From Spirochaetia bacterium (GTDB taxonomy: Bacteria; Spirochaetota; Spirochaetia; SZUA-6; Bin103): a stretch of 64,000 nucleotides of DNA. Where the stretch lies: the NCBI GenBank assembly GCA_965199955.1, contig CBDATQ010000001.1:128001-192000 (forward strand), read 5' to 3'. Shown in pieces: positions 1-9,966 of this stretch (within the stretch, counting starts at the first letter, position 1; each line of letters opens with the position of its first letter). The notes beneath the pieces are model-generated. The model had not been told where the DNA came from and made no database searches. It saw only the letters and a list, made by a program, of their open reading frames with translations. Position numbers and translations under genes: made by a program.

Positions 1-357
1 GAGCACCTGCTCGGCTTCCGCCAGCGACAGCGATGACTCGACGGCGATCACCGAGGCGGTGATCCTGCCGCCCTGGGCCCGCGCGATGCGCAGGACCTCG
101 TGCTCGGGGTCCGCCTCCTTCGCCACCTGGCTCGCGCGTTCGGCGCGCGCCCGCCTGAGGGCGAACAGGCCTTCGATGGTGGGAGCCAGGCCGACGAATG
201 CCAGCGGAAAAAGCCAGAACCAGGCGCCGGTGATCACCCACAGCCCGCCGAACACGAACGTGCAGGCGACGCCGCCGGCGAGCCGCTGTTCGCCCTTCCT
301 TTCCTTGCGCCGCTTCCTGCGCCCGGAGTCGCCGCCGCCTACTTCCACGGTCACCAC
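1..357 (-). CDS. Hypothetical membrane protein, partial (runs off the window start)
   Basis: Own translation, not in the ORF track: open frame from GTG 357, with two hydrophobic segments (GGVACTFVFGGLWVITGAWFWLFPLAFVGLAP) followed by EVLRIARAQGGRITASVIAVESSLSLAEAEQVL, which looks winged-helix-like. Confidence 0.6.
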   Translation of the reverse strand, partial: MVTVEVGGGDSGRRKRRKERKGEQRLAGGVACTFVFGGLWVITGAWFWLFPLAFVGLAPTIEGLFALRRARAERASQVAKEADPEHEVLRIARAQGGRITASVIAVESSLSLAEAEQVL

Positions 358-504
358 GGCCCCAACGATAGCACACGGGGGTAGACGCAACAGAGACGGT
401 GAGGAACGGCCGGCCGTCAAGACGCGGCATTTCGCGGGTCATCGAAAGGCAAGCGCACCGAACGGCCGCGGCGCTTTCGTCGCCGGAACCTTGCGGAACC
501 GCGT

Positions 505-534
505 TTGACAGAAACGGCGCGGCGTCCCTATAGT
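505..534 (+). promoter_or_regulatory. Sigma70-type promoter of the tRNA cluster
   Basis: TTGACA (505-510), 18 bp spacer, TATAGT (529-534), just upstream of tRNA-Ser. Confidence 0.7.
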
Positions 535-557
535 CGGGTCTTCGGTTCCCGAGAATC

Positions 558-643
558 GGAGAGGTGTCCGAGTGGTCGAAGGAGACGGTCTTGAAAACCG
601 TTGAGCCCTTGCGGCTCCGTGGGTTCGAATCCCACCCTCTCCG
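558..643 (+). tRNA. tRNA-Ser(TGA)
   Basis: GGAGAGG acceptor stem, anticodon loop CT-TGA-AA, long variable arm, GTTCGAATC T-loop. Confidence 0.96.
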
Positions 644-668
644 CACAGCGGCTGACGGGCAGCCGCCG

Positions 669-754
<86 letters not shown>

Positions 755-764
755 GACAGACTGA

Positions 765-838
765 GTGCCCATAGCTCAGCTGGATAGAGCGCTAGATTGC
801 GGATCTAGAGGTCGGAGGTTCGAGTCCTCTTGGGCACG
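765..838 (+). tRNA. tRNA-Arg(GCG)
   Basis: GTGCCCA/TGGGCAC acceptor stem, anticodon arm CTAGA-TTGCGGA-TCTAG. Confidence 0.93.
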
Positions 839-842
839 GAAC

Positions 843-931
843 GGAGAGATGCGAGAGCGGTTGAATCGGGCGGACTCGAAATCCGTTGAGCCGCTGCGGT
901 GGCTCCGTGGGTTCGAATCCCACTCTCTCCG
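843..931 (+). tRNA. tRNA-Ser(CGA)
   Basis: Cloverleaf, loop CT-CGA-AA, long variable arm. Confidence 0.95.
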
Positions 932-993
932 CACGGGCGGCGGGCGCTGCACGGGTGGCACCCGCCGCTCTGGCCGTACGTGACCGATGGCCG

Positions 994-1082
994 GGAGAGA
1001 TGACCGAGAGGCCGAAGGTGCACGCTTGGAAAGCGTGTGTGCCCTTACCCGGGCACCGTGGGTTCGAATCCCACTCTCTCCG
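994..1082 (+). tRNA. tRNA-Ser(GGA)
   Basis: Anticodon arm CACGC-TTGGAAA-GCGTG, long variable arm. Confidence 0.95.
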
Positions 1083-1094
1083 TTCGCCGATGGC

Positions 1095-1221
1095 GGCCCC
1101 TCGGGTACGCAGGTCGGGCACTGTGCTACGGGTCGCCGCCCAACCCCGTCAGGACCGGAAGGTAGCAGCGGTAAGCGAACGACTCGGGAGCCGCAGGACG
1201 CTTGGTCTCGCCCGAGGGGCC
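1095..1221 (+). ncRNA. ffs: Signal recognition particle RNA (small bacterial SRP)
   Basis: Helix-8 motif TCAGGACCGGAAGGTAGCAGC; termini GGCCCCTCGGG/CCCGAGGGGCC pair; usual position upstream of dnaX. Confidence 0.9.
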
Positions 1222-1270
1222 TTTCTTCACCATGGGTCCCCGACCGGCAAATGGACTTGGCGTTCTGACG

Positions 1271-2902
1271 ATGGCCTACGAAGTCACCGCCGCCCGGCGC
1301 CGGCCGCAGATATTCACCGAGCTGGTGGGGCAGGAGTACGTCGTGCAGACGCTGCAGAACGAGCTGCGCTCGGGCAACGTCGCGCAGGCGTTTCTGTTCT
1401 CCGGCCCGCGGGGTGTCGGCAAGACCTCCGCGGCCCGCATCCTGGCCAAGGCGCTGAACTGCGAGCAGGGGCCGACCGATACGCCGTGCGGAACCTGCGG
1501 CCCGTGCATGGAGATCGCGCGGGCGCAGTCCCTGGACGTGGTGGAGATCGACGGCGCCTCCCACACGGGGGTGGACGACGTCCGTGAGCTGCGCGATCAG
1601 GTCGTGTTTCCGCCGAGCTCGGCCCGCACCAGGGTGTACATCATCGACGAGGTGCACATGTTGTCGACCTCGGCCTTCAACGCCTTGTTGAAGACGATCG
1701 AGGAGCCTCCCCCCTATGTCACCTTCGTGTTCGCCACCACCGAGCCGCACAAGGTGCCCGCCACGGTTCGTTCGCGCTGCCAGCACTTCGCGTTCAGCCT
1801 GATCGGGCACGAACGCATCGCCGGCTGCCTGCGCGACGCCGCGGCCGAGCTGGGCGCGCAGGTGGCCGATGACGCCCTGCACTGGATCGCGCGCCAGTCG
1901 GCGGGGTCCTTGCGCGACGCGTTCATGATCCTGGACCAGGTGATCGCCGGCGCCCGCGGCGACGGTCAAGCCACCGTGACCCTGGAAGGGTTGCGCGACA
2001 GCATCGGCCTGTTGGGGTTCGACGATCTGAACGGCGTCGCTCAGGCGGTCGCCGCGCGCGACGTACCGGGGACGCTCACCGCCTTCGACCGGGCCCTGGG
2101 CAGGGGCGTGGCGGTGGACCATTTCCTGGCGGAGCTGGTCGAGTACTTCCGTAGCGTGCTGTTCCTCAAGCACGGCCTGAACCGCGATGCCTGGCTGTCC
2201 GCTCCCGCCGACGCGTTTCCGCGCGGCGTTCTGGATGCGATCCGCGTCGAGCAGGCCGAGAAGGCGGTCGAGCTGCTGCTCGCCGCGCAGCGCAACCTCA
2301 AGGGCGCGCTGAACGAGCGCTGCGAGGTGGAGTTGGCGCTCAGCCGCCTGGCCGAGCTCGACCGCCTGATCACGCCGGCCGAGGTCCTGGAGCGTCTGCG
2401 CGAGCTGCAGGCGGCCGTCGGCGCGCCGGCACCGGGGGGGCCGACACCGCTCGCCCCGGCTCGGTCACCCGCTTCCGCACCTGCTGCGCCGGCCGGGGAA
2501 CCGGCTCCGGCAGCCGATGCCGCGACCGGCTCGGACGCATCGGGCGAGCCGGCCCGCACGGTCGCATCCGGAGAGCCGACCACGGCGGCTCGGCAGCCGA
2601 TCGCCGCCCTGCGCCAACGCAGGCCGCCGGTCGCGTCGGCGCTGGAGCGGGCGGAATCGGTCGAGCTCCACCGAGAGGAGTTGCGCGTACGCTTCGCGAA
2701 GGGAGACCGCTACCCGGCGGACACGGTCCGGGAGCACGCCGCGGAGGTCGCGGCGGCATACGGACTCGCCGGGCCGGGCACAATCAGCGTACAACTCGGT
2801 TCAGGCGAGGACGCCCCTGACAATCACGAAGGGGCGGCAGCGCCGGGCGCGGAGATGATCAGAAGCATCTTTCGGGGCGAGATCGTGCAGGGTGGAGGCT
2901 GA
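1271..2902 (+). CDS. dnaX: DNA polymerase III subunit gamma/tau
   Basis: RRRPQIFTELVGQ, Walker A GPRGVGKT, C4 zinc motif, IIDEVHMLS, SRCQ; Pro/Ala linker. Confidence 0.96.
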   Translation: MAYEVTAARRRPQIFTELVGQEYVVQTLQNELRSGNVAQAFLFSGPRGVGKTSAARILAKALNCEQGPTDTPCGTCGPCMEIARAQSLDVVEIDGASHTGVDDVRELRDQVVFPPSSARTRVYIIDEVHMLSTSAFNALLKTIEEPPPYVTFVFATTEPHKVPATVRSRCQHFAFSLIGHERIAGCLRDAAAELGAQVADDALHWIARQSAGSLRDAFMILDQVIAGARGDGQATVTLEGLRDSIGLLGFDDLNGVAQAVAARDVPGTLTAFDRALGRGVAVDHFLAELVEYFRSVLFLKHGLNRDAWLSAPADAFPRGVLDAIRVEQAEKAVELLLAAQRNLKGALNERCEVELALSRLAELDRLITPAEVLERLRELQAAVGAPAPGGPTPLAPARSPASAPAAPAGEPAPAADAATGSDASGEPARTVASGEPTTAARQPIAALRQRRPPVASALERAESVELHREELRVRFAKGDRYPADTVREHAAEVAAAYGLAGPGTISVQLGSGEDAPDNHEGAAAPGAEMIRSIFRGEIVQGGG

Positions 2903-2909
2903 GGCGGGC

Positions 2910-3224
2910 ATGGCGAACAACCCGTTCGACTTGTTCAAGATGATCCAGGGCATGCAGAAGCAGATGGCGGAGGTGCAGGGCAAGCTGGCCGACGTCCGCG
3001 TCACCGGTACGGCTGGCGGCGACATGGTGCAGGTGGAGGTCACCGGCAACCTGGAGGTGGTGAAGGTGACGCTGGACCCGATCGTGGTCGATCCCGAGGA
3101 GCGTTCGGTGCTGGAGGACCTGATCACGGCGGCGATGGGCGATGCCCTGCGCAAGGTTCGCGAGGAGCTCAAGCAGCAGGTCGGCGGCGGGCTGAACCTT
3201 CCACCCGGGTTTCCCGGCGCCTGA
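2910..3224 (+). CDS. ybaB: YbaB/EbfC nucleoid-associated protein
   Basis: GTAGGDMVQVEVTG...LEDLITAA; lies between dnaX and recR. Confidence 0.93.
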   Translation: MANNPFDLFKMIQGMQKQMAEVQGKLADVRVTGTAGGDMVQVEVTGNLEVVKVTLDPIVVDPEERSVLEDLITAAMGDALRKVREELKQQVGGGLNLPPGFPGA

Positions 3225-3234
3225 CCGCACTCGA

Positions 3235-3840
3235 ATGCAGACCCTGGACCGACTCGTACACGGGTTCTCCCGCCTGCCCGGTCTGGGCCGCAAGAGCGCC
3301 GAGCGGCTGGTCTACTTCCTCCTCGGAGCCAAGGACGAGTTCGTGGAGTCGCTGGCCCGCGACCTGATCGCCCTCAAGCGCAACACCCGCCCCTGTAGCC
3401 GCTGCGGCGTGTATGCGGAAGCAGACCTGTGCGCCTACTGCTCGGATCCCACGCGGGAGACCGACACGCTCTGCGTGGTGGAAGAGTCACGGGACGTCAT
3501 CACCATCGAGTCCACGCAGACCTTCCGCGGGCTGTACCACGTACTGGGCGGAGCGATATCACCGGTGGACGGCATCAGGCCGGCGGACCTGACCATCGAC
3601 GCCCTGATAGGCCGCGTGCGCGACTCCCCCGTGCGCGAGGTGATCCTGGCTACCAACCCCACGGTCGAGGGGGAGACCACCGCGCTGTACCTGCGCGACC
3701 GCCTCCTGCAGCGGGCCGGCGGGCCTGGCGCCGAGCTGACCGTCACCCAGCTCGCCCTGGGCCTGCCGGTCGGCGGCGACCTGGAGTACGCGGACCGCCT
3801 CACCCTGGCGCGCGCCCTGAACGGCCGCACGGCGGTGTGA
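3235..3840 (+). CDS. recR: Recombination protein RecR
   Basis: LPGLGRKSAER, C4 zinc finger, Toprim EVILATNPTVEGETTA. Confidence 0.96.
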   Translation: MQTLDRLVHGFSRLPGLGRKSAERLVYFLLGAKDEFVESLARDLIALKRNTRPCSRCGVYAEADLCAYCSDPTRETDTLCVVEESRDVITIESTQTFRGLYHVLGGAISPVDGIRPADLTIDALIGRVRDSPVREVILATNPTVEGETTALYLRDRLLQRAGGPGAELTVTQLALGLPVGGDLEYADRLTLARALNGRTAV

Positions 3841-3897
3841 CGTGGAGGTGAGGATCTCCGGCGCGGAGCTCCCATAGTCAGACTTGTCGACCAGGCC

Positions 3898-5451
3898 CTA
3901 TATCTTGTCGACCAGGATGGCGCACTTGCCCGAGGGAATGGGCAAGGTCTTGCGGCGGCGCCCCAGCACGTGGATCGCCAGGTAGTAGAGCTTCTCGGAC
4001 TCCAGGCGCACCTCCCAGCCGCGGTCCGAGTTGTGGGTCCGGATGGAGACCAGGTTGCGCTTCAGGGTCAGGTTCTCGATCCCCATGCCCTCCAGCGCCG
4101 GCAGCGTCCAGTCCACGGTCTTGCGGGGGAGGGAGATCGAGAGCCCCAGCACGTTCTCGATCACCAGCGCCACCGTGGAAAGCGCGACGAACGGCAGGTA
4201 GGACTTGCGGGGAAAACCGCCCTTGCCGTGCCACTTGGCCGCCGACTCGTGCTCCGGGGCGTAGGCGTCCCACAAGTCGCCCACGCCCCGTTCCGGGACC
4301 AGAACGTCGTGCATGGCGAACAGGTGGCGCAACGCGAACTCCCTCGCCATGCCGATTTGCCCGTAGCGCTCCAGCCCCTTGATGATCGCGTAGTTCACGT
4401 ACGGCAGCACCGACCCCCGGTAGCCGCCGCCGTACGGGTCGTACAGCGCTTCCTCGGCAGCCAGGCTCGGGAACGGGTGGCTGCGGCCGAAGGTCCGCGG
4501 GTTGGTCAGGTGGCCGATCAGCCGGCGCGCCTTGTCCTCGCTCGGAATCTCGGCCAACAGCGTCCAGAAGGCCGCGATCGTCTTGACCTTGATCTGCTGG
4601 CTGTAGCGGTCGAGGTCGTAGTAGATCGAGTCCTCGTCGCTCCACATGTGCGACTGCATGCGCGTCTTCAGGGCGAAGTACTCGCGCTTGTAGCGAAAGG
4701 CGACTTCCTTGTCATTGAGGGCGTCGGCGATCGTCGAGATGAACGACGCGCTGGCCGCCTGCTGGGCGTTGAAGTCCACCGGATAGGCGATGCGGTCGCG
4801 GGGGCTGTTTCCCATGCCCAGCGCCTGGCGCGGAACCGCCAGCAGGCCGTTGTCCCGCCGAAAACTGGTCTGGATCCACTGGTAATAGCGTTCCAGAATC
4901 GGCAGCACCTCGCGCAGGCGTCGCTTGGAGCCCAGGCGGTGGTACAGGTTGTACTCCGCCCACGCGAACAGCGGCGCCTGCACGCCGTGCGGGTTCGCCT
5001 TGATCAGGAATGGCTGCCCGTCCAGCAGGCTGTATTCGCCGTGAATCGCCCCGCACGGCTGCTGCTTGGCGTAGAAGGCGTCGAGCTGCGCCTCCACCGG
5101 AAACTCCCGGTTCGAGTACACGAGCGAGAACGTGGAGCAGCAGGCGGCCACCTGGTTCACGCGATCCTGCGCAGGATCGCAGAATACCCGATCGAAACCG
5201 CTTCCCGGCTCGCCCCGGCGCCAATAGCCGGGCATCAGCTCCCAGGTGGCGTCGAACAGGTCGACGAGCGCCTGGTGGTCGTGGACGAGGCGGGGAAGCT
5301 CCTCCCGCGTGGTGTCCACGACCGGTGCCTGCTGCGGAACTGCTACGTTGGAGATGACTGGTGCCTGCAAGAGAGAAGTGCGGGAAGCGTGAACCGCAAT
5401 CATAGCACGGGCCGCCGTTTCGATGTCAAAGCGGAGCAGGCCCGTGGGCAC
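3898..5451 (-). CDS. (alpha/alpha)6-barrel glycoside hydrolase (MGH1/GH63/trehalase-like); start uncertain
   Basis: APLFAWAEY, GMGNSPR, HMWSDEDSIYYD, GGYRGSV motifs typical of this barrel family. Confidence 0.7.
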   Translation of the reverse strand: MPTGLLRFDIETAARAMIAVHASRTSLLQAPVISNVAVPQQAPVVDTTREELPRLVHDHQALVDLFDATWELMPGYWRRGEPGSGFDRVFCDPAQDRVNQVAACCSTFSLVYSNREFPVEAQLDAFYAKQQPCGAIHGEYSLLDGQPFLIKANPHGVQAPLFAWAEYNLYHRLGSKRRLREVLPILERYYQWIQTSFRRDNGLLAVPRQALGMGNSPRDRIAYPVDFNAQQAASASFISTIADALNDKEVAFRYKREYFALKTRMQSHMWSDEDSIYYDLDRYSQQIKVKTIAAFWTLLAEIPSEDKARRLIGHLTNPRTFGRSHPFPSLAAEEALYDPYGGGYRGSVLPYVNYAIIKGLERYGQIGMAREFALRHLFAMHDVLVPERGVGDLWDAYAPEHESAAKWHGKGGFPRKSYLPFVALSTVALVIENVLGLSISLPRKTVDWTLPALEGMGIENLTLKRNLVSIRTHNSDRGWEVRLESEKLYYLAIHVLGRRRKTLPIPSGKCAILVDKI

Positions 5452-5497
5452 GTACGCAACTATTGACAGGGGCAGGGAATGGTGCTTGACTCGATCG

Positions 5498-5785
5498 GTG
5501 GGTCAGACAGCGCCCGGTACTCTCGAAGCGACTGCCGCCATGGCCAGACTGCGGCTCGGCGCGCACGAGAGTGCCCGGCTCGAGGCGGAGTTGTCCCGCA
5601 TCGTCGACTACTTCGCGCTGCTTGCGGAGGCCGACGTCGACGACCTGCGGCCGACGACCCATCCGCTGCTGACCGGATCCCGATTGCGCGACGATGAAGT
5701 CTCCGACCTGCCCACCTCATACGACCCGGTCCGGGCGGCTCCGGACCGCGACGAACGGTTCATCGTCGTTCCGAACGTCCTGTAA
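5498..5785 (+). CDS. gatC: Asp/Glu-tRNA amidotransferase subunit C
   Basis: AMARLRL...PTTHP...LRDDE...FIVVPNVL; directly upstream of gatA. Confidence 0.88.
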   Translation: MGQTAPGTLEATAAMARLRLGAHESARLEAELSRIVDYFALLAEADVDDLRPTTHPLLTGSRLRDDEVSDLPTSYDPVRAAPDRDERFIVVPNVL

Positions 5786-5804
5786 CATTCGAAGTGAGGG
5801 ACGA

Positions 5805-7187
5805 ATGGCGGAGGTTTCGCGCTGGCGCGCGGTGTTCACGGATGAGAGCGGACGGAGCCGCTGGCTGGCATACGCCCGCGGCTGGAACGAGCGGATCAAC
5901 GCCTTCGTGTCCTTCGCGGACGCCGACGACGGCGCGGACGGTGGCGCGGACGGACCCCTTGTCGGCATGCCGTGCGCGATCAAGGACAACATCGCGGTAG
6001 CCGGCCAGCCGCTGAGCTGCGGCTCGGCGCTGCTCGGCGCGCACGTGGCCCCGTTCAGCGCCACCTGTGTTCGGCGTCTGCAGCGCGCCGGCGCGATCGT
6101 GGTCGGCAAGACCAATCTGGACGAGTTCGGCATGGGCTCCGACACGCAGGCGTCCGTGCATGGCGGCTGCGCCAACCCCTGGGACGCCGAACTGGTGCCC
6201 GGCGGTTCCAGCGGCGGATCGGCGGCCGCGGTTGCGGCCGGCATCGTGCCGTTCGCGCTGGGATCGGACACCGGCGGTTCGGTCCGGCAGCCGGCCTCCT
6301 TCTGTGGCGTGTTCGGGCTCAAGCCCACCTACGGCGTGGTTTCGCGGTTCGGGCTGGTCTCGTACGCCTCGTCACTGGAGGTGATCGGCATCATCGCCGA
6401 GACGCCTGCGCTGTGCGGCGAGGTGCTGGAGGTGATCGCCGGCGTGGACGAGCACGACCAGTCAACGGTCTCGGGCTCGCCCGACCGGGACGAGGTGCGT
6501 ACGATCGGCGTGCCGCGCGCGTGCCGGGAGGAGCTGCGCGATCCGCAGGTGCGCACGGCGCTCGACGCCACCGTCGAACAGCTCGGCGAGTTGGGGTACC
6601 GCGTCGTGGATGTTGACCTTACCACGCTGCGCTACGCGGCCGCCGCCTACTACGTGATCTCGTGCGCGGAGGCCAGCGCCAACCTGGCCCGCTTCGACGG
6701 CGTTCGCTACGGGGCGCGCGCCGCCGCCGAGACGGCGGACGAGACGATCATCGCCTCCCGTTCCGAGGGATTCGGGGACGAGGTCAAGCTCCGCGTCCTG
6801 GCCGGCACCTACGTGCTGCGCTCCGGCTTCCACGACCGCTACTACCTGCGCGCGCAGCGCGTGCGCACGGCGCTGCGCGACGAGTTGGCCGGCCTGTTCG
6901 GTCAGGTCGACCTGCTGCTCATGCCGGTCTACCCGGTGCCGCCGTTCGCGCGCGGCAGCGCCCGCCTGGATCCGTTCGAGCAGAAGGTCGCCGACCTGTA
7001 CACGACCGTCGCCAACCTGGCCGGCGCTCCGGCGGTGAGCTTCCCGACGCCGCAGCCGCGGGTGCCGATAGGGATGCAGTTGATCGGACCCAATTTCGGG
7101 GAGCGGCTGCTGCTGGACGTGGCGGCCAGGTATGCGGCGGCGCATGCGCCCGCCCGGCCGCAGGGATACTCGGAGGACTGGCGATGA
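5805..7187 (+). CDS. gatA: Asp/Glu-tRNA amidotransferase subunit A
   Basis: Amidase signature GGSSGGSAAAV, GSDTGGSVRQPA; ASANLARFDGVRYG. Confidence 0.94.
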   Translation: MAEVSRWRAVFTDESGRSRWLAYARGWNERINAFVSFADADDGADGGADGPLVGMPCAIKDNIAVAGQPLSCGSALLGAHVAPFSATCVRRLQRAGAIVVGKTNLDEFGMGSDTQASVHGGCANPWDAELVPGGSSGGSAAAVAAGIVPFALGSDTGGSVRQPASFCGVFGLKPTYGVVSRFGLVSYASSLEVIGIIAETPALCGEVLEVIAGVDEHDQSTVSGSPDRDEVRTIGVPRACREELRDPQVRTALDATVEQLGELGYRVVDVDLTTLRYAAAAYYVISCAEASANLARFDGVRYGARAAAETADETIIASRSEGFGDEVKLRVLAGTYVLRSGFHDRYYLRAQRVRTALRDELAGLFGQVDLLLMPVYPVPPFARGSARLDPFEQKVADLYTTVANLAGAPAVSFPTPQPRVPIGMQLIGPNFGERLLLDVAARYAAAHAPARPQGYSEDWR

Positions 7188-8629
7188 GCGGCGCCCACAC
7201 CGAACGGGGCGCGTTCGATACGTTCGTGGGGCTGGAGATCCACATCCAGCTCGACACCCGCACGAAGGTGTTCTGCGGCTGCCCGGTCGCCTTCGGCGGC
7301 GACCCCAACACGCGGGTCTGTCCGATCTGCCTTGGCTTCCCCGGCGTGCTGCCGGCCCTGAATCGGGAGGCAGCGCGCATGGCCTACGTGGTCGCGCAGG
7401 CGGTCGGCTGCATGCTGTCGGCCGAGGCGGTGTTCGAGCGCAAGAACTACTTCTACCCGGACCTTCCCAAGAACTACCAGATCTCCCAGTACGGCGCGCC
7501 GATCGGCGCCGGCGGCTCGCTGACCGCGCCGCTCTCCCCCACCCGGCCGGTGGCGATCCGGGAAGTGCACCTGGAAGAGGACGCCGGCAAGATGATCCAC
7601 GCGGGCGACGTCTCCCTGCTGGACTTCAACCGCACGGGCACACCCCTGGTGGAGATCGTCACCGAGCCGGACCTGCGCTCGGGTGACGAGGCGATCGCCT
7701 TCCTGCAGTACTTCCGGCGCGTGGTCCGCCACCTCGGGGTGTGCGACGGGAACATGGAGGAGGGGTCGCTGCGCTGCGACGCCAACGTCTCGATCAATCA
7801 TGCGGGCGCCGGCCTGGGCAGCAAGGTGGAGATCAAGAACCTCAATTCCTTCAAGTTCGTCGGCCGCGCCATCGAGTTCGAGCTCGACCGCCAACGCCAG
7901 GAGCTCGAGGCCGGACGGAGCGTGCGGGTCGAGACCCGCCAGTGGAACGAGAACCGCGACGTCACCACGCCAATGCGGGTGAAGGAGTCCGACTCCGACT
8001 ACCGCTACTTCCCGGAGCCCGATCTGCCGCCGCTGCGGCCGGACGCGTCGTTCCTGGAATCGGTGGACGCCGCGCAGGTGGAGCTGCCGATGGCACTCCG
8101 CGATCGGTTGGCAACCGATCACGGCCTGTCCGGCGCACAGGCGGAGTTCCTGAGCGAGGAGCGGGCGACCGCCGAGCTGTTCGAGCGGGCGGTCGCCGCC
8201 GGCGCCGATGCCCAGCAGGCAGCCCGCTGGTTGGCGGGCGACGTGCGCCGGCTGCTGAACCGGACCGGCATGGCGATTGCGGACTCGCCGCTGAGCGCCG
8301 GCCGCCTCCGCGAGCTGCTGGAGCTCATCGACTCCGGCGCCATCTCCGGCAAGATCGCGAAGGGAGTGCTGGAGTCCGTGCTGGCCGACGACCTGGACCC
8401 GGCCGACGTGGTCGAGCGGCAGGGCTTGCGGCTGATCGCCGACGAAGCGGAGCTCGATGGGTACGTCGATGCCGCGATCGCGGCGTTCCCGGAGGCGGCC
8501 GCGCAGTTGCGGCAGGGCGACGGGCGGCCTGTCGGCTTCCTGATCGGCGAGGTGATGAAGCGAACCGGCGGACGCGCGGCCCCGGAGCCCCTGCGGCGGA
8601 TGCTGCAGGCCCGCATAGGAGGACAGTGA
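7184..8629 (+). CDS. gatB: Asp/Glu-tRNA amidotransferase subunit B
   Basis: GLEIHIQL, RKNYFYPDLPKNYQISQ, HLEEDAGK, YRYFPEPDL. Confidence 0.96.
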   Translation: MSGAHTERGAFDTFVGLEIHIQLDTRTKVFCGCPVAFGGDPNTRVCPICLGFPGVLPALNREAARMAYVVAQAVGCMLSAEAVFERKNYFYPDLPKNYQISQYGAPIGAGGSLTAPLSPTRPVAIREVHLEEDAGKMIHAGDVSLLDFNRTGTPLVEIVTEPDLRSGDEAIAFLQYFRRVVRHLGVCDGNMEEGSLRCDANVSINHAGAGLGSKVEIKNLNSFKFVGRAIEFELDRQRQELEAGRSVRVETRQWNENRDVTTPMRVKESDSDYRYFPEPDLPPLRPDASFLESVDAAQVELPMALRDRLATDHGLSGAQAEFLSEERATAELFERAVAAGADAQQAARWLAGDVRRLLNRTGMAIADSPLSAGRLRELLELIDSGAISGKIAKGVLESVLADDLDPADVVERQGLRLIADEAELDGYVDAAIAAFPEAAAQLRQGDGRPVGFLIGEVMKRTGGRAAPEPLRRMLQARIGGQ

Positions 8630-9927
8630 TGGCGGACGCCGGCTCGTGGTCCGAACGGACCCTGGTGGCCGATATCGGAGATCGGCGTGGGCGCGAGGTC
8701 GCGGTGGCCGGCTGGGTGCACCGGGTGCGCTCGCTCGGCCGAGTGGCATTCGTGCTGCTGCGCGACCGCTCGGGCATCGCGCAGCTCGTGTTCCCGGGCT
8801 CGTTGGACCTGTCCTCCGAGTCGGTGATCACGGCGACCGGCACGGTGGAGGCCAACGACCGTGCGCCCGGCGGATTCGAGGTGCAGGTCACCGGGCACCG
8901 CGTGTTGTCGACGGCTGCGGCGGACCTGCCGCTGGCGGTCAACGGCCGGCCGGAGAACCTGTCGCTGGACACGCAACTCGACCACCGCATGCTGGCGCTG
9001 CGCATTCCCAAGCTGCTGGACGTGTTCAAGGTGCAGGCGACCATCGTCGAGGGCTTCGCCCGCCATCTGCGCGGTGAGGGTTTCACGGAGATCAAGACCG
9101 CTAAGCTGATCGGCAGTGGCACCGAGGGCGGCACCGGCCTGTTCGCCGTGCGTTACTTCGACCGCGACGTGTTCCTGGCGCAGTCGCCGCAGCTCTACAA
9201 ACAGGCGATGGTCGCCTCCGGCCTGGAGCGGGTGTTCGAGATCGGCCACGCCTACCGGGCGGAGAAGCACGACACTCCCCGCCACCTGAACGAGTACGTG
9301 TCGCTCGACGTGGAGATGGCCTTCATCGACAGCGAGCACGACCTGATGGACCTGGAGCAGCGCATCCTGAAGACCATCTTCGCCGCGATCGCCGAGCGCA
9401 ACGGCCGCGAGCTCGACGCTTGGGGCGCCTCGGTGCCGGCGCCGGAGGCGGTCGACGCGTTGCCGAGACTGAACCACGACCAGGCGCTCGAACTGGCCTC
9501 CGAGCTGCTCGGCCGGCGGGTCTACGAGGTCTCACCGGAGGTGGAGCGCGAGCTCTGCTCCTGGGCGGAGCGCGAGCACGGCACCGACGGCTGCTTCGTG
9601 TACGGCGATCCGCGCCGCAAGCGGCCCTTCTACACGCACCCGGCGCCGGACGGCAAGACCATGTCGTTCGACCTGCTGTTCCGCGGCGTGGAGATCACCA
9701 CCGGCGGCCGGCGCATCGAGCAGCATGACCTGCTGGCCGAGAGCATCGAGGCCGCAGGTCTGCCGGTCGAGTCGCTGGCCGACTACCTGTCGGTATTCCG
9801 CTACGGCTGCCCTCCGCACGGCGGCTTCGCGATCGGCCTGGAGCGCCTTACCCAGAAGGTGCTGGGCCTGGAGAGCGTCAAGGAAGCCGCCCTCTTCCCC
9901 CGCGATCGCAAGCGCACCCGACCGTGA
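8629..9927 (+). CDS. aspS: Aspartyl-tRNA(Asn) synthetase, short archaeal/non-discriminating type
   Basis: OB fold, LAQSPQLYKQ, RAEKHDTPRHLNEY, PPHGGFAIGLERL; about 432 aa with no GAD insert; coupled to gatB. Confidence 0.9.
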   Translation: MADAGSWSERTLVADIGDRRGREVAVAGWVHRVRSLGRVAFVLLRDRSGIAQLVFPGSLDLSSESVITATGTVEANDRAPGGFEVQVTGHRVLSTAAADLPLAVNGRPENLSLDTQLDHRMLALRIPKLLDVFKVQATIVEGFARHLRGEGFTEIKTAKLIGSGTEGGTGLFAVRYFDRDVFLAQSPQLYKQAMVASGLERVFEIGHAYRAEKHDTPRHLNEYVSLDVEMAFIDSEHDLMDLEQRILKTIFAAIAERNGRELDAWGASVPAPEAVDALPRLNHDQALELASELLGRRVYEVSPEVERELCSWAEREHGTDGCFVYGDPRRKRPFYTHPAPDGKTMSFDLLFRGVEITTGGRRIEQHDLLAESIEAAGLPVESLADYLSVFRYGCPPHGGFAIGLERLTQKVLGLESVKEAALFPRDRKRTRP

Positions 9928-9936
9928 CAAGGGCGG

Positions 9937-9961
9937 CCGCCGCTGACGACGCGGCGGGTTC
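9937..9961. terminator. GC hairpin between convergent aspS and DAC genes
   Basis: CCGCCGC-N7-GCGGCGG with a weak T tail. Confidence 0.4.
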
Positions 9962-9966
9962 TCCGA

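Noticed and set aside
2434..2440. G7 run (G GGG GGG in frame) at the start of the dnaX linker as a gamma-subunit frameshift site
   Set aside because: Not an A/T-rich slippery motif, and the -1 frame has no nearby stop (open to about 2820), so no compact gamma product is predicted
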